A stretch of 64,000 nt of DNA. Origin: Methanotrichaceae archaeon. Lineage in GTDB: Archaea; Halobacteriota; Methanosarcinia; Methanotrichales; Methanotrichaceae. The translations under genes were made by a program, and so were the position numbers. The DNA lies in the NCBI GenBank assembly GCA_963754945.1, contig CAVWIG010000028.1, positions 96,001 to 160,000 on the forward strand, written 5' to 3'. Positions 51,710 through 61,575 of the stretch are shown here, one piece after another (the first letter of the stretch is position 1; the number at the start of each line of letters is the position of its first letter). The notes beneath the pieces were generated by a model that saw nothing but the letters and a program-made list of their open reading frames with translations, did not search any database and had not been told where the DNA came from.

Positions 51710-53203
51710 TTAAAAGTCCAAAAGAGATCGTTGTTTCTTGCTGTCCTTGGTCTTTGAAGGTTCCGGTTTAGCTTTGGCATCGGGTCTCTTGTCTTCTAGA
51801 TTAACAGGCTTGGATTCAGCCTTCGCCTGCTCCACCGGTTCCTCAGACTTCCCTTTCGTTTCACGCTCCAGTGACCTCTGGCCTGTTACGTGCCATCCCA
51901 GATCTATCTTCCCGGCAAGCTCCGCCTCCCTGATCTTCTGAGCCTCTTCGAATATCGTCTGGACTTTCTTGGTAGTCGGAGTAGTCGCCATCAACAGGGC
52001 GATCTCATCCGGATTCAGGTCCAGCTCGGCCGCTACCGCCGGAGCTAGCTTCTTGCTCTTGAGAAGCAGTCCCAGGAAGTCCATCAGCTCCGAGCGGGCA
52101 AATCCAGCGGATACGTGGCAGCGCGCTCCTATCTTCTTGGCAGCCGAGTCTCGGACGTTGCGTGCCTTTTTGGATTGTCCCATCCTGCGCCATAGGGCCG
52201 GAGGCCGAAACGCAATGTATCCTGACCTGCGTGCCGTCCTGGAGGCCTGGACGCCTCCAGTCATGAGAAAGCCAGCGTATCTCCACAGACCGTAGTTCTG
52301 CCTGCGCCTTACCCTTCCCAGGAACACGTCGGCTCTGGCGAGAGTGTCAAATCCGCTGAGGAGGTCGGCTCCCTGATAGGCAACAGGGAGGTTCTCATCT
52401 ATCCAGTGAACAAGGTCCTCGGGGCTCTCGTCCAGAGTATAAGACGCCTGTAGGGCATCCGATGGATTGCTTCCCCGGAATATGACCTCCAGAACCTTGA
52501 AGATGGACTCCTTTACATCTCGCTCTGCTGTGGCCACATCCTCCAGTCGGACCTCCGACTGGCCCTGTGCAGCAGCCTGAAGGTCATTTATGGCGGACCG
52601 CAGGTCTCCTCCGGCACGCTCAGCAATCAGTTCAATGGCATCCGGGTCGCAGGCGATCGCCTCGGCTTTGCATATCGTCCTCATGGTTGAGGCGATGGTG
52701 ACTGATCTCACCGACCGGAACGCAATTCCTTTAGCAGCATCCCTCAAAGGCTTCTCTATCTCGTAGTACTCGTTGGCGATGAGCAGAACTGGCTGATTGG
52801 CTCCCCTGACCAGCTTGAGCATGGCCGCGGCGCCCCCGCGGTCTGCTGTGCCGTGCAGGTTGTCAGCCTCGTCCAGAATCACAAGACGTCTGCTGCCGGA
52901 GAATGTGCTGGTCCTCGATGCTGGGCCGGCGATCCGCTCTATCATTCCTGCTGTACGCACATCACTGGCGTTCATTTCGACTTCTTCCCAATCCATCTCC
53001 CTTGCCAGGGCCAACGCTGCAGAGGTCTTGCCTGTCCCTGCAGGCCCGTAGAGGATGGCTGCTCTGGTTACTGGTCTATCCTGCTCCCAGGATTCCGCCC
53101 ACTCCCTGAGCTCAGAAATAGCCTTGCCGTTTCCCAGAACCTCCTGGAGTGAGTTTGGCCGATACTTCTCTGTCCACTTAGCGGAGGCGGTAACCGATGC
53201 CAT
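51710..53203 (-). CDS. rfcL: replication factor C large subunit
   Basis: WTEKYRP, GPAGTGKT, EMNASD, LDEAD, GDLRSAINDLQ, PIP-like QRSLLDF. Confidence 0.95.
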   Translation of the reverse strand: MASVTASAKWTEKYRPNSLQEVLGNGKAISELREWAESWEQDRPVTRAAILYGPAGTGKTSAALALAREMDWEEVEMNASDVRTAGMIERIAGPASRTSTFSGSRRLVILDEADNLHGTADRGGAAAMLKLVRGANQPVLLIANEYYEIEKPLRDAAKGIAFRSVRSVTIASTMRTICKAEAIACDPDAIELIAERAGGDLRSAINDLQAAAQGQSEVRLEDVATAERDVKESIFKVLEVIFRGSNPSDALQASYTLDESPEDLVHWIDENLPVAYQGADLLSGFDTLARADVFLGRVRRRQNYGLWRYAGFLMTGGVQASRTARRSGYIAFRPPALWRRMGQSKKARNVRDSAAKKIGARCHVSAGFARSELMDFLGLLLKSKKLAPAVAAELDLNPDEIALLMATTPTTKKVQTIFEEAQKIREAELAGKIDLGWHVTGQRSLERETKGKSEEPVEQAKAESKPVNLEDKRPDAKAKPEPSKTKDSKKQRSLLDF

Positions 53204-53204
53204 T

Positions 53205-53633
53205 CTACCAGATTCCCTCTCGACCGGTCAATTCAACTACCTCGATCTCCCAGATGGTCATCTCCATCCGCTCTAGCTCCTCCCTCTGGAACTTCTTGTC
53301 ACCATGGCCTCCGATGCCTTTCTTAGTGAAGGCGTCGAACATCCTGGCCTTGGCTTCGATGTCGGAGGAGAGTTTTGCTTTTCCAAAAGCAAGAACGCTT
53401 GCCCAGCGGTCTTCGTTGAGCAAATCAACCTCAAAGCAGACCCTCGAATTTTTGGCTGCCATCTCTATCTTCCTCCCTCTGCCACGGGAATGGAGGTAAA
53501 TTTTTCCGCCAGAATAAACATAGGACATTGGAATGACATAAGGATTGTCATCTGAGGAGAGTCCGAGCCTGCCGAATTTGGAAGAGGAGAGAATTGAGGC
53601 GCATTCGTCCTGGGATAGAGTCCTGGGCTTCAT
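53205..53633 (-). CDS. pyridoxamine 5'-phosphate oxidase-like (NimA-like) flavin-binding protein
   Basis: GRLGL...PYVIP.SY, IYLHS..G.K, VCFEVD, WASV..FG. Confidence 0.85.
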   Translation of the reverse strand: MKPRTLSQDECASILSSSKFGRLGLSSDDNPYVIPMSYVYSGGKIYLHSRGRGRKIEMAAKNSRVCFEVDLLNEDRWASVLAFGKAKLSSDIEAKARMFDAFTKKGIGGHGDKKFQREELERMEMTIWEIEVVELTGREGIW

Positions 53634-53796
53634 GAATTCAGGTCTTCGCTCAAGGGTTATAGCTTTTGTTCAGATGAGAAAAACGATCTTTTGAATCGAG
53701 TTTGTCTTGTTCGACGTTGTCTAAGGAAACGTGTACTTGCATTGTGTCATTAGGATCCCCAATTCAAAATAAAAAAAATGATAGTCCATCAATACA

Positions 53797-55173
53797 TCAA
53801 TAGTCCCTCTGGTTTCTCGTTCTGGTTTCGTAGCAGTGGTAGGTGTCCTTCTGCTTATCCTGGAGGTAGACATAGTTGAACTTGCTGTCCTCCTTGTGCT
53901 CTTCGAACTCCTCTCTGGCATCCTCCCGGCAACTAGAGCAGGCATTGCGTGGCAGGGATACACAGAAGGTGCTGTTCAGTATACCGTAACCCTTCTGGGC
54001 CTGAGAGGCAATGGTCATGTATCCGTGGCATCTGTCACAGAGCCTGACAGTTTCTTCCTGGCCCTCGTTGATCATGTCGGTGTCGTAGAAGATGCGCTTT
54101 CGCCTGCGGTAGAACTGTCCGTGCTCTGCCAGGGCATCCTCGACAAGCCGATCACGGTTATCCCAGATCTCTTGAAGCTGCCCTATCGTCGCCTCTATCT
54201 CCCTCTTCATCTCCGCAGACTGAACGAACTTGCCTGGCACGTAATCAGGTTCCCTGACGTGAGAGTAGTCGAGTCCGGCCATGGCCTGGATTATGCCGGT
54301 GTTGACGTAAGGCAGAGCAGTCTCAATAGCGTAGCCTCCCTCCAGGACGCACAGGTCTGGAGCCAGCTTTTCGTTAAGGCGAGCGTAACCGTTCGCAGAG
54401 AACCGCATGTTGGCCAGAGGATCTGTGTAGTGGTTGTCCTGGCCGGCCGAGTTCAGCAAAAGGTCAGGCTGAAAGTCCTTCAGGACCGGCAGTATGAAGT
54501 TGTCCAGAACGTAGTGGATCCCCTCGTCAGTCGTTCCTGACGGGAGCGGTATATTGAGAGTCCTTCCTAACGCCTGGGGGCCGCCCATCTCGTTAGGGAA
54601 TCCTGATCCCGGATAAAGGGTTCGGCCATCCTGGTGGAAGGATATGAAGAGCACATCGGGATCGTGCCAGAAGATGTCCTGGGTTCCGTCACCGTGGTGG
54701 ACGTCGGTGTCGACTATGGCGATCTTCTTGTGGCCGTACCTTGTCCGGAAGTACTCGACCATGATTGCCATGTTGTTGATGTTGCAGAAGCCCCTGTTCC
54801 CATGGACGACCATCATGGAATGATGGCCCGGCGGTCGGACAAGAGCGAAGCCGTTACGAATCGCCCCACTCTCCTTGGCATCAGCCAGAGTAAGGACGCT
54901 TCCGGCTGCGATCAAGTGGGCCTCTGCTACCTGGGCCTCCACATTCGGGACGCAGAAGTGTACCCTGGATATGTCCTTTGGTGTGGCCAGACGGGGCTTG
55001 TACTCCTCGATCTCTGGAAGGTCCATCAACCCTTCCTCGAAGATCTGGTCTCTGGTGTACAGGAGGCGCTCCTCCCTTTCTGGGTGGGTAGGCGAGATTG
55101 CCCAGTCGAAGGCCGGGAAGAATATCAGGCCTGTCTTGCCCTTCTTATTCGCTGTCGTGCCGCAGGCTTCCAT
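53797..55173 (-). CDS. histone deacetylase-family amidohydrolase
   Basis: HPEREERL, RPPGHH, GFC..N, DTDVHHGDGTQ, LEGGY. Confidence 0.92.
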   Translation of the reverse strand: MEACGTTANKKGKTGLIFFPAFDWAISPTHPEREERLLYTRDQIFEEGLMDLPEIEEYKPRLATPKDISRVHFCVPNVEAQVAEAHLIAAGSVLTLADAKESGAIRNGFALVRPPGHHSMMVVHGNRGFCNINNMAIMVEYFRTRYGHKKIAIVDTDVHHGDGTQDIFWHDPDVLFISFHQDGRTLYPGSGFPNEMGGPQALGRTLNIPLPSGTTDEGIHYVLDNFILPVLKDFQPDLLLNSAGQDNHYTDPLANMRFSANGYARLNEKLAPDLCVLEGGYAIETALPYVNTGIIQAMAGLDYSHVREPDYVPGKFVQSAEMKREIEATIGQLQEIWDNRDRLVEDALAEHGQFYRRRKRIFYDTDMINEGQEETVRLCDRCHGYMTIASQAQKGYGILNSTFCVSLPRNACSSCREDAREEFEEHKEDSKFNYVYLQDKQKDTYHCYETRTRNQRDY

Positions 55174-55174
55174 T

Positions 55175-56848
55175 TTAACACCTCCCCCATGCAGGGATGA
55201 TTCCCGCTGGGATCTCCATCCTTACATCGAGGAGCCTGCCGACCGTTGACCAGCCTCTGACCATGTTGAAGATCTCGCTGTAGGTTACCTCTGCCTCATT
55301 TGCATACTCGCCGATTCCCATTTTGTTTGCCCACTCGGTCATTAGTTTTCTGGCCATCTGCTCCGCTTGCTCCAGGTTCATGTTCTTGCCGTTCGCCTTG
55401 CCCATAAGTCCTTCCTCAGCCACAATGTACTCCCCTCTTTCGGTATCGATCCGAAGATTCAGGGTAAGCGTGGGCCGAGCTACTGCTGCGCCGATGGCGT
55501 TGGCCACAGGGGCATATTCGGGTATGACGGCCTTTGCGCCTAGCCTCTGGGCCACCAGAGGAACCAAAGGCTGTGCTGCGCCCCCAACTCCGACAACATT
55601 CTGGGCCTGGAGCAACTCTTTCTTCATTATCTCCCAGACGCGGTAGGCAGGCTCCTGCTCCCACTCCCGGAACATCTCGTTGACGTGACTCACGATCTTG
55701 TCCACGACGGCATCGATTACCCTCTTGGCCACCTCTTTCGGGGTGCAGCCCAAGCGTTTCGCAATATCGGCCATTGCTTTCTCGGCAGCCGCAGCATCTC
55801 CGATATCGGACAATCCAAGGACCCGCAGGGCGTCCGTTGTTGTGGCGCATGGACCGCCCATACAGAGGGCTGGCCCTTCCCTGTGGGGTCCAACAGCGAT
55901 GCAGTCACCATTCACGCTAACGGCGCTGTCTCCTCCAATGGCAACCGACTTGACGGCAAAAGCCCGGACGTGAGTAAGAAGAGAGTTTACCCTTGCGCCT
56001 TTTGATGACAGCAGGGGCTTGCCTGACAGTATCAAGGCCAGGTCGGTCGTTGTCCCGCCGATGTCGACAACTACGGATGTCTGTGTAGTCGGCATCAGGG
56101 CCATGACGCCCATGATGCTGGCAGCCGGTCCTGAGAAGATGGTCTCCACAGGCATATCGACAGATTTGTCCAGGGGCAGGGTCCCTCCGTCTGCCTTCAA
56201 GATGAAGACCGGAGCGGAGATCTTGCGATTCTTTAGGGCAGCGTTGATCTGGTCTGCAAATTCTCGATACTTATCCTTGGTGGCAACCGTAAGCCTTGTA
56301 GTTGCTGCACGTCTGGGGAAGTTCAGTTGGCCTGAGACCCGGTGGCCCAGCTCGACCTGAACGCCCGGGACGACGCTGGCCACGATATCGGCAGCCTTCA
56401 GCTCATGGACGTGGTTCCTCTGGCCGAACTTCCCAACCACTGCGATTTTCTTGAATCCTTTATTAGCTAGCTCCAGTGCAGTTGACTTTACCTGAGATTC
56501 GTTCAGCTTCTGGATCTCCCGGCCCCTATAGTCTATTGCTCCGTCAAGGATGAAGACGTCCTGGCCCAGGTGGTAGTCTTTCGGGTTGGTGCCGGGGCCT
56601 GGGATGAGCACCAGGGCTACGGGATCAGTCTTGCCCTCGGCTATCATGTTGGTGATCAGGGTGGTGCTGAGCACGACCCTCTCGATCTTGTCGGGCGAGA
56701 CGCCCTCGGTGAGCTTGTCCAGGGCGGAGAGAAGGCATCCGAGCAGGTTATCGTGGTCTGTCGGGACATAGGCCGACCTGAAAACTCTGCCGCCCTCTAC
56801 CAGCACTGCATCTGTGGTAGTTCCGCCGACATCAATTCCAATCAACAT
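55175..56848 (-). CDS. hydantoinase/oxoprolinase A-family protein
   Basis: GIDVGGTTTD, SGPAAS, DIGGTTTD, ANAIGAA. Confidence 0.9.
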   Translation of the reverse strand: MLIGIDVGGTTTDAVLVEGGRVFRSAYVPTDHDNLLGCLLSALDKLTEGVSPDKIERVVLSTTLITNMIAEGKTDPVALVLIPGPGTNPKDYHLGQDVFILDGAIDYRGREIQKLNESQVKSTALELANKGFKKIAVVGKFGQRNHVHELKAADIVASVVPGVQVELGHRVSGQLNFPRRAATTRLTVATKDKYREFADQINAALKNRKISAPVFILKADGGTLPLDKSVDMPVETIFSGPAASIMGVMALMPTTQTSVVVDIGGTTTDLALILSGKPLLSSKGARVNSLLTHVRAFAVKSVAIGGDSAVSVNGDCIAVGPHREGPALCMGGPCATTTDALRVLGLSDIGDAAAAEKAMADIAKRLGCTPKEVAKRVIDAVVDKIVSHVNEMFREWEQEPAYRVWEIMKKELLQAQNVVGVGGAAQPLVPLVAQRLGAKAVIPEYAPVANAIGAAVARPTLTLNLRIDTERGEYIVAEEGLMGKANGKNMNLEQAEQMARKLMTEWANKMGIGEYANEAEVTYSEIFNMVRGWSTVGRLLDVRMEIPAGIIPAWGRC

Positions 56849-57093
56849 ATATCAATCGCCTTGCTGATTGCGCTCAAGAGACTTGGATGTATATCGGCTT
56901 TGTGGTTCTTCCCAAGGTCATTACATTCGTATCTAGTAGAGGGGAGGCTCGGAACAAATGAATTCCTATGAATCGATTAACTGGAACAGTACAGACGTTT
57001 GTCTCCTGAGGCACAGAGATTCCCGTTGACATAAACCGATTCAATTGAACTATTGTGGAAGAGTCTTTATCTTCATCCTTCCCTAAGCAAGCC

Positions 57094-57463
57094 ATGAACC
57101 GGCTAGCAATGTCTGCACTCTGTCTCTGCCTCCTAAGCGCAGGTTGTGTCGATCACCAGGGCAACGGAAACAAGAGCTCCGCCAAGGTAGAACCGCTTTC
57201 CGTGGCCATAGCTTCTCCCGATTCCGGCGCCATCATCACCGGAGACAAGGATATCAAGTTCGAATCCACGGTTGAAGGCGGGAACAAGCCCTACGTCTAC
57301 GAGTGGTCCTCCAAACCTCGACGGGATTTTGTCAACTGAAAGCTCCTTTACCCGGAGGTCTTCCCTGATGCAGAAAGGGGAGCACTACGTCATTCTCAAA
57401 GTCACCGATGCTTCAGGCAATACCTCTGAGGCCACGTGTCTACTGAGATTGTTATCAAGTTGA
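57094..57463 (+). pseudogene. lipoprotein with PKD/Ig-like domain, frameshift near 57313; may be an assembly error
   Basis: Lipobox LSAGC; GGNKPYVYEWSS continues as NLDGILST...GEHYVILKVTDASG in the other frame. Confidence 0.7.
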
Positions 57464-58222
57464 GGACGCCTCTTGCCGGGCGCAGGAGCACGACCTCCCA
57501 TCCGGGATTTTTTCGGCTGTTCGGGATATTATCTCTTTTACGCAACCGCTCAACCGGTCCATCTGCTCTGTAATTTCTGAGAGGCTCAGTTTGCCTCCCC
57601 CCGTCTTCATTCCGCAGGCCTCGTTGGTCACGATGCATAGCGATGCATAGCAAAGCCCCAGCTCCTTGGCCAGCACAACCTCCGGATATCCGGTCATTCC
57701 CACAACATCCCCGAACTGCCTCATCATCCTGATCTGGGCAGGAGACTCCAGATGAGGCCCCTCTGCACACACGTAAACTCCCTCGAAGGGCTGTACGTTC
57801 ATTTCCGACATGGCATCCCGAAGACTTGTAAGCAACTCAGGGCAATAAGGCTGGCTCATATCGACGTGCACCGCTCTGTCATCAAAGAAGGTGTTTGCTC
57901 TGGCTTTGGTGAACTCGACATAGTCCAGGGGCAGGAAAAAGCTGCCGACCGGATGGTAGGACATTGTGCCCACGGTGTTGATTGAAATAGCTCCAGTAGC
58001 ACCGCTCCTCCTAACTGCACTGATGACTGCCCTGTAGTTTACTTTGTGTGGTGGAAGATGGTTTATACCGTGACGTCCAATGAAGACAGCCTTCTTGCCT
58101 CCGAGCCTTGCAGATTGGACTTCAACGTTTCCATAGGGCGTTTCTATCGTATCTGACGGCCCATCAAGGCAAAAGCCAACTCCGCCTATTATCGCAATCC
58201 TAGCATCCATCAGGGAATCCAT
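57455..58222 (-). CDS. MTAP-family purine nucleoside phosphorylase
   Basis: TPYG, RHG..H.PPH.VNY, EGP.LESPA, DVVGMT..PE. Confidence 0.9.
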   Translation of the reverse strand: MDSLMDARIAIIGGVGFCLDGPSDTIETPYGNVEVQSARLGGKKAVFIGRHGINHLPPHKVNYRAVISAVRRSGATGAISINTVGTMSYHPVGSFFLPLDYVEFTKARANTFFDDRAVHVDMSQPYCPELLTSLRDAMSEMNVQPFEGVYVCAEGPHLESPAQIRMMRQFGDVVGMTGYPEVVLAKELGLCYASLCIVTNEACGMKTGGGKLSLSEITEQMDRLSGCVKEIISRTAEKIPDGRSCSCARQEASST

Positions 58223-58362
58223 GAAAATTAAGCCTCTTGGAGAAATGCTTCACTCCAAGCCATTAAATCTTCTTGTCGTCTCTTTCTTTTCGCCAAAAAT
58301 AAGTCTTTTAACTCAAGAAGTCTTTTATATTATGGCCGCGACCCAATTTAGGAGATCCCCAG

Positions 58363-59604
58363 ATGGAGTTTACTGCCCAAGAGAAGTACGAATTCAAACG
58401 GATGCTCGACAACCTCAGGTCCAAGGTTGGCAGAGGCACCGAGCTGATTTCTCTTTATATACCTCACGACAAGCAGATATCTGATGTGATGGCTCAGCTT
58501 CGTGAGGAGAACGGCCAGGCCGCCAACATCAAGTCCAGAGTAACGCGCCTCAATGTTCAAAGCGCCCTAGATTCGGCTATGTCCAGGGTCCGCCTCATCA
58601 ACAAGGTTCCTGAAAACGGTGTTGTAATATTCATTGGATCAATAGACATAGGCAGCAACAAGACTGATATGTACAGCCTAGCTCTGGAGCCTCCCGATCC
58701 CATTACAACCTACAAGTATCACTGCGATTCCGCGTTTCTTCTGGCTCCACTGGAGGAGATGCTGGCCGACAAGAAGACCTTCGGCTTGATAGTCCTGGAC
58801 AGGCGCGAGGCAACCATTGGACTCCTCAAGGGCAAGCAAATAGTGCCCATTAAGCACATGACCTCCACAGTACCCGGCAAACAGAGGAAAGGAGGTCAGT
58901 CCAGCCACAGGTTCCAGCAACTAAGGCTTATTGCCATTCACGACTTCTACAAGAGGATAGGAGACAGCGCGACTGAGGCCTTCCTTCCCATAGACCCGAA
59001 GGATTTTGAGGGCATTATCGTCGGCGGTCCGTCGCCCACGAAGGAAGAGTTCGTTGAGGGAGAGTTCCTTCACCATGAGCTGCAAAAGAAGCTCCTCGAT
59101 GCCCTTGATGTTTCCTACACAGACGAATCCGGCTTGCACGAGCTGGTTGAAGCAGCACAGGAAAGGCTGATCGACCTTGAGCTCACCCAGGATAAGCTGG
59201 TCATGAGACGATTCTTGAGGGAGCTGGTGAGCGACAACGGCCTGGCTGCCTATGGCGAAAAAGAGGTGAGGCACAACCTTGAGCTTGGCTCGGTTGAAAC
59301 TATGCTCCTGTCGGAGGACCTGCGCAAGACCAGGGCCAAGATCATCTGCACTAACAAGAGCTGCGATTTTGCCGAGGATCAGACCAGGACTTCGTCCTCT
59401 CAGCCTGTAGGGAACTGCTTTAAGTGCGGCAGCTCTCTAGGCATAACAGAAGAGGAGGACATAGTCTCAGACCTCTCCAAGCTGGCGGATGCAAGCGGCT
59501 CTGCCGTCAAGATAATCTCAACCGATTCGGAGGAAGGAGCCCAGCTCTACCAAGCCTTTGGCGGGATTGCAGCGATTCTGAGATACAAGACGAGCCACCT
59601 ATAG
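58363..59604 (+). CDS. prf1: peptide chain release factor aRF1
   Basis: GRGTELIS, NIKS, Y.CDS.F, GGQS, FGGIAAILRY. Confidence 0.97.
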   Translation: MEFTAQEKYEFKRMLDNLRSKVGRGTELISLYIPHDKQISDVMAQLREENGQAANIKSRVTRLNVQSALDSAMSRVRLINKVPENGVVIFIGSIDIGSNKTDMYSLALEPPDPITTYKYHCDSAFLLAPLEEMLADKKTFGLIVLDRREATIGLLKGKQIVPIKHMTSTVPGKQRKGGQSSHRFQQLRLIAIHDFYKRIGDSATEAFLPIDPKDFEGIIVGGPSPTKEEFVEGEFLHHELQKKLLDALDVSYTDESGLHELVEAAQERLIDLELTQDKLVMRRFLRELVSDNGLAAYGEKEVRHNLELGSVETMLLSEDLRKTRAKIICTNKSCDFAEDQTRTSSSQPVGNCFKCGSSLGITEEEDIVSDLSKLADASGSAVKIISTDSEEGAQLYQAFGGIAAILRYKTSHL

Positions 59605-59668
59605 GCGGATGAATCTTCGGACAACGCTGGACACAGATAATAGACCGTGGATTTCGAGACAGTTGACG

Positions 59669-60148
59669 ATGACGACGATTGAAGTCTCTGTTTATGTTCT
59701 AATCAGGCCCACAGAACGGGTGGAAAAAGTTGCCTCTGCTGTGGAGAAGATCTTCCCTGGCCTGATGATGGACATCAGGGGGGATCGGATAGAGGCTTAC
59801 GGCGGCCCAAGCACTCTTCGGACTCTGCATAAGTTACTGAGAGAGCAGGAGATCCTGGACACTGCCAGATCGGTAATGCTCCGAGGGCGTGATGGGAATA
59901 CGATACAATTCAGATTGAATAAACAGGCGGCTTTTATGGGCATGGTCAATTTTCCGCCTGAAGAGGAGCCGCTGGGTTCCATTCACGTCCAGATCACGGG
60001 GGATGACATGGTGATTGACTGGCTTAGCCCCATGACAGAGAACGGTGTTCCTGTTAAAGAGATCGAACTCCCGGAGCTTGGACCCCAAGAAATCGATTCA
60101 CTGGAGACACATTTAACAGAGGCCTCTCCCAGGGAGGAAGATGTTTAG
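59669..60148 (+). CDS. UPF0201/DUF54 putative RNA-binding protein
   Basis: PTE..KV..A...IFP, ILDTAR, LNKQAA, PLG.I. Confidence 0.85.
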   Translation: MTTIEVSVYVLIRPTERVEKVASAVEKIFPGLMMDIRGDRIEAYGGPSTLRTLHKLLREQEILDTARSVMLRGRDGNTIQFRLNKQAAFMGMVNFPPEEEPLGSIHVQITGDDMVIDWLSPMTENGVPVKEIELPELGPQEIDSLETHLTEASPREEDV

Positions 60149-60911
60149 CTTCTCCTCGAGCGCCATGGTGGAGAAGCCCTTCGACTGGGCGTACCAGCTC
60201 GAGGATCTTGGCTACACCGGCTGGGAGATAGTCAATGAAGGAAAGCAGAGGCTGACGAAGGAGAATATCCAGGAGGCAAAGGATATAGCCCAGACGACCG
60301 GACTGGTCATAACTGTTCATCTTCCCTATTCGGACCTGAACCTGGCAAGCATGAACCAACCCATCTGGGAGGAGACGATCAGGCAGATGAAGAGATGCCT
60401 GAGTCTGTCGAGCGATTTTTGCCGGCTTGCAGTGGTTCATCCTGGACACCTATCCCCCCTTGGAATGCAGATGCCAGACAAGGCTTGGTCCCAGAACATC
60501 CTAGGCATCCAGGAGATCTGCGACCACGCCGCAGAGCTGGATATGAAAATCGCTGTGGAGAACATGGTCAACATGCCGGCCCTTCTTGGCCGAATGCCAG
60601 AGGAGATAGTTGGTATTCTGGAGACGGTGAACAGGGACAACGCTGGGTTCATCCTTGATGTGGGTCACGCCAACACCAATGGGAACGTGAATCAGTTCCT
60701 GAAGCTTAAGGATCTGGTCATCCACGTTCACATCCACGACAACCACGGAGAGAGAGATGAACATCTTCCTGTCGGTTTTGGCACAGTACCATGGGACCGT
60801 GTCGCTGCAGCCTTCGAAGGTTACAGCGGCAGAATGGTCACTGAGTCCAGGTCCCTAGCCGAGGGCCAGAGATCTCTCAAGCGCCTCAAAAAGCTGATGA
60901 AGAAGGAGTGA
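60141..60911 (+). CDS. sugar phosphate isomerase/AP endonuclease 2 TIM-barrel protein
   Basis: HLP..DLN, HPG, ENM, DVGHA, HIHDN.G..DEH. Confidence 0.85.
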   Translation: MFSFSSSAMVEKPFDWAYQLEDLGYTGWEIVNEGKQRLTKENIQEAKDIAQTTGLVITVHLPYSDLNLASMNQPIWEETIRQMKRCLSLSSDFCRLAVVHPGHLSPLGMQMPDKAWSQNILGIQEICDHAAELDMKIAVENMVNMPALLGRMPEEIVGILETVNRDNAGFILDVGHANTNGNVNQFLKLKDLVIHVHIHDNHGERDEHLPVGFGTVPWDRVAAAFEGYSGRMVTESRSLAEGQRSLKRLKKLMKKE

Positions 60912-60923
60912 ACAGGTAGCCTC

Positions 60924-61571
60924 ATGTCTTCATTTGACGCCATCGCAGTAGAAATGCTCGCCTGGTTCGATGAAAAGAATACAGCCAGAGAGGAGTCTTT
61001 GCGGCTCTGCAGGGCAGCCATAAGGTGCTGTTCGGCGGCGATAAGATCCGTTCACCGTGGCCAACTGGAAGAGGCTGAAAAGGTCATGGCCGAGGCACAA
61101 ACGAATCTGACCAGGGTCAGAGAACTTTTGAAGGACCATCCTGATGTTCGCCATGCTGGCTTCTACGACGATGCAGAGCAAGAGTACGCGGAGGCCAGGA
61201 ACGTCTACTCGATCGTTGTGGATCACGAGATCCTGACGCCTGAGAAGACCGGCGTAGGGTTTGTCAATTATCTATCGGGATTGGGCGACGTCACAGGAGA
61301 GCTACGGCGTCACATCCTTGACCTCATCCGCAAGGGTGAGCCCGATGTTGGAGAGTATTACCTAGAGACGATGGAGGAGATCTTCTACCTGCTGATGCTC
61401 TTCGATTACCCCGATGCCATCACTCGGGGTCTGCGCAGAAAGAGCGATCTTGCCAGGTCCATGATCGAACGGACCCGGGGCGACCTGACCAACGCCATCG
61501 AGATGAGAAAGGTCGAGACGTCGTTGCGTGGCCTGGAGGATAAGCTTAAAGAATCCGGTTTAGGAGTCTAA
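60924..61571 (+). CDS. translin-family protein
   Basis: AREE, QEYAEA, YLSGLGD.TGELRR, LRRKSD. Confidence 0.85.
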   Translation: MSSFDAIAVEMLAWFDEKNTAREESLRLCRAAIRCCSAAIRSVHRGQLEEAEKVMAEAQTNLTRVRELLKDHPDVRHAGFYDDAEQEYAEARNVYSIVVDHEILTPEKTGVGFVNYLSGLGDVTGELRRHILDLIRKGEPDVGEYYLETMEEIFYLLMLFDYPDAITRGLRRKSDLARSMIERTRGDLTNAIEMRKVETSLRGLEDKLKESGLGV

Positions 61572-61575
61572 AACC

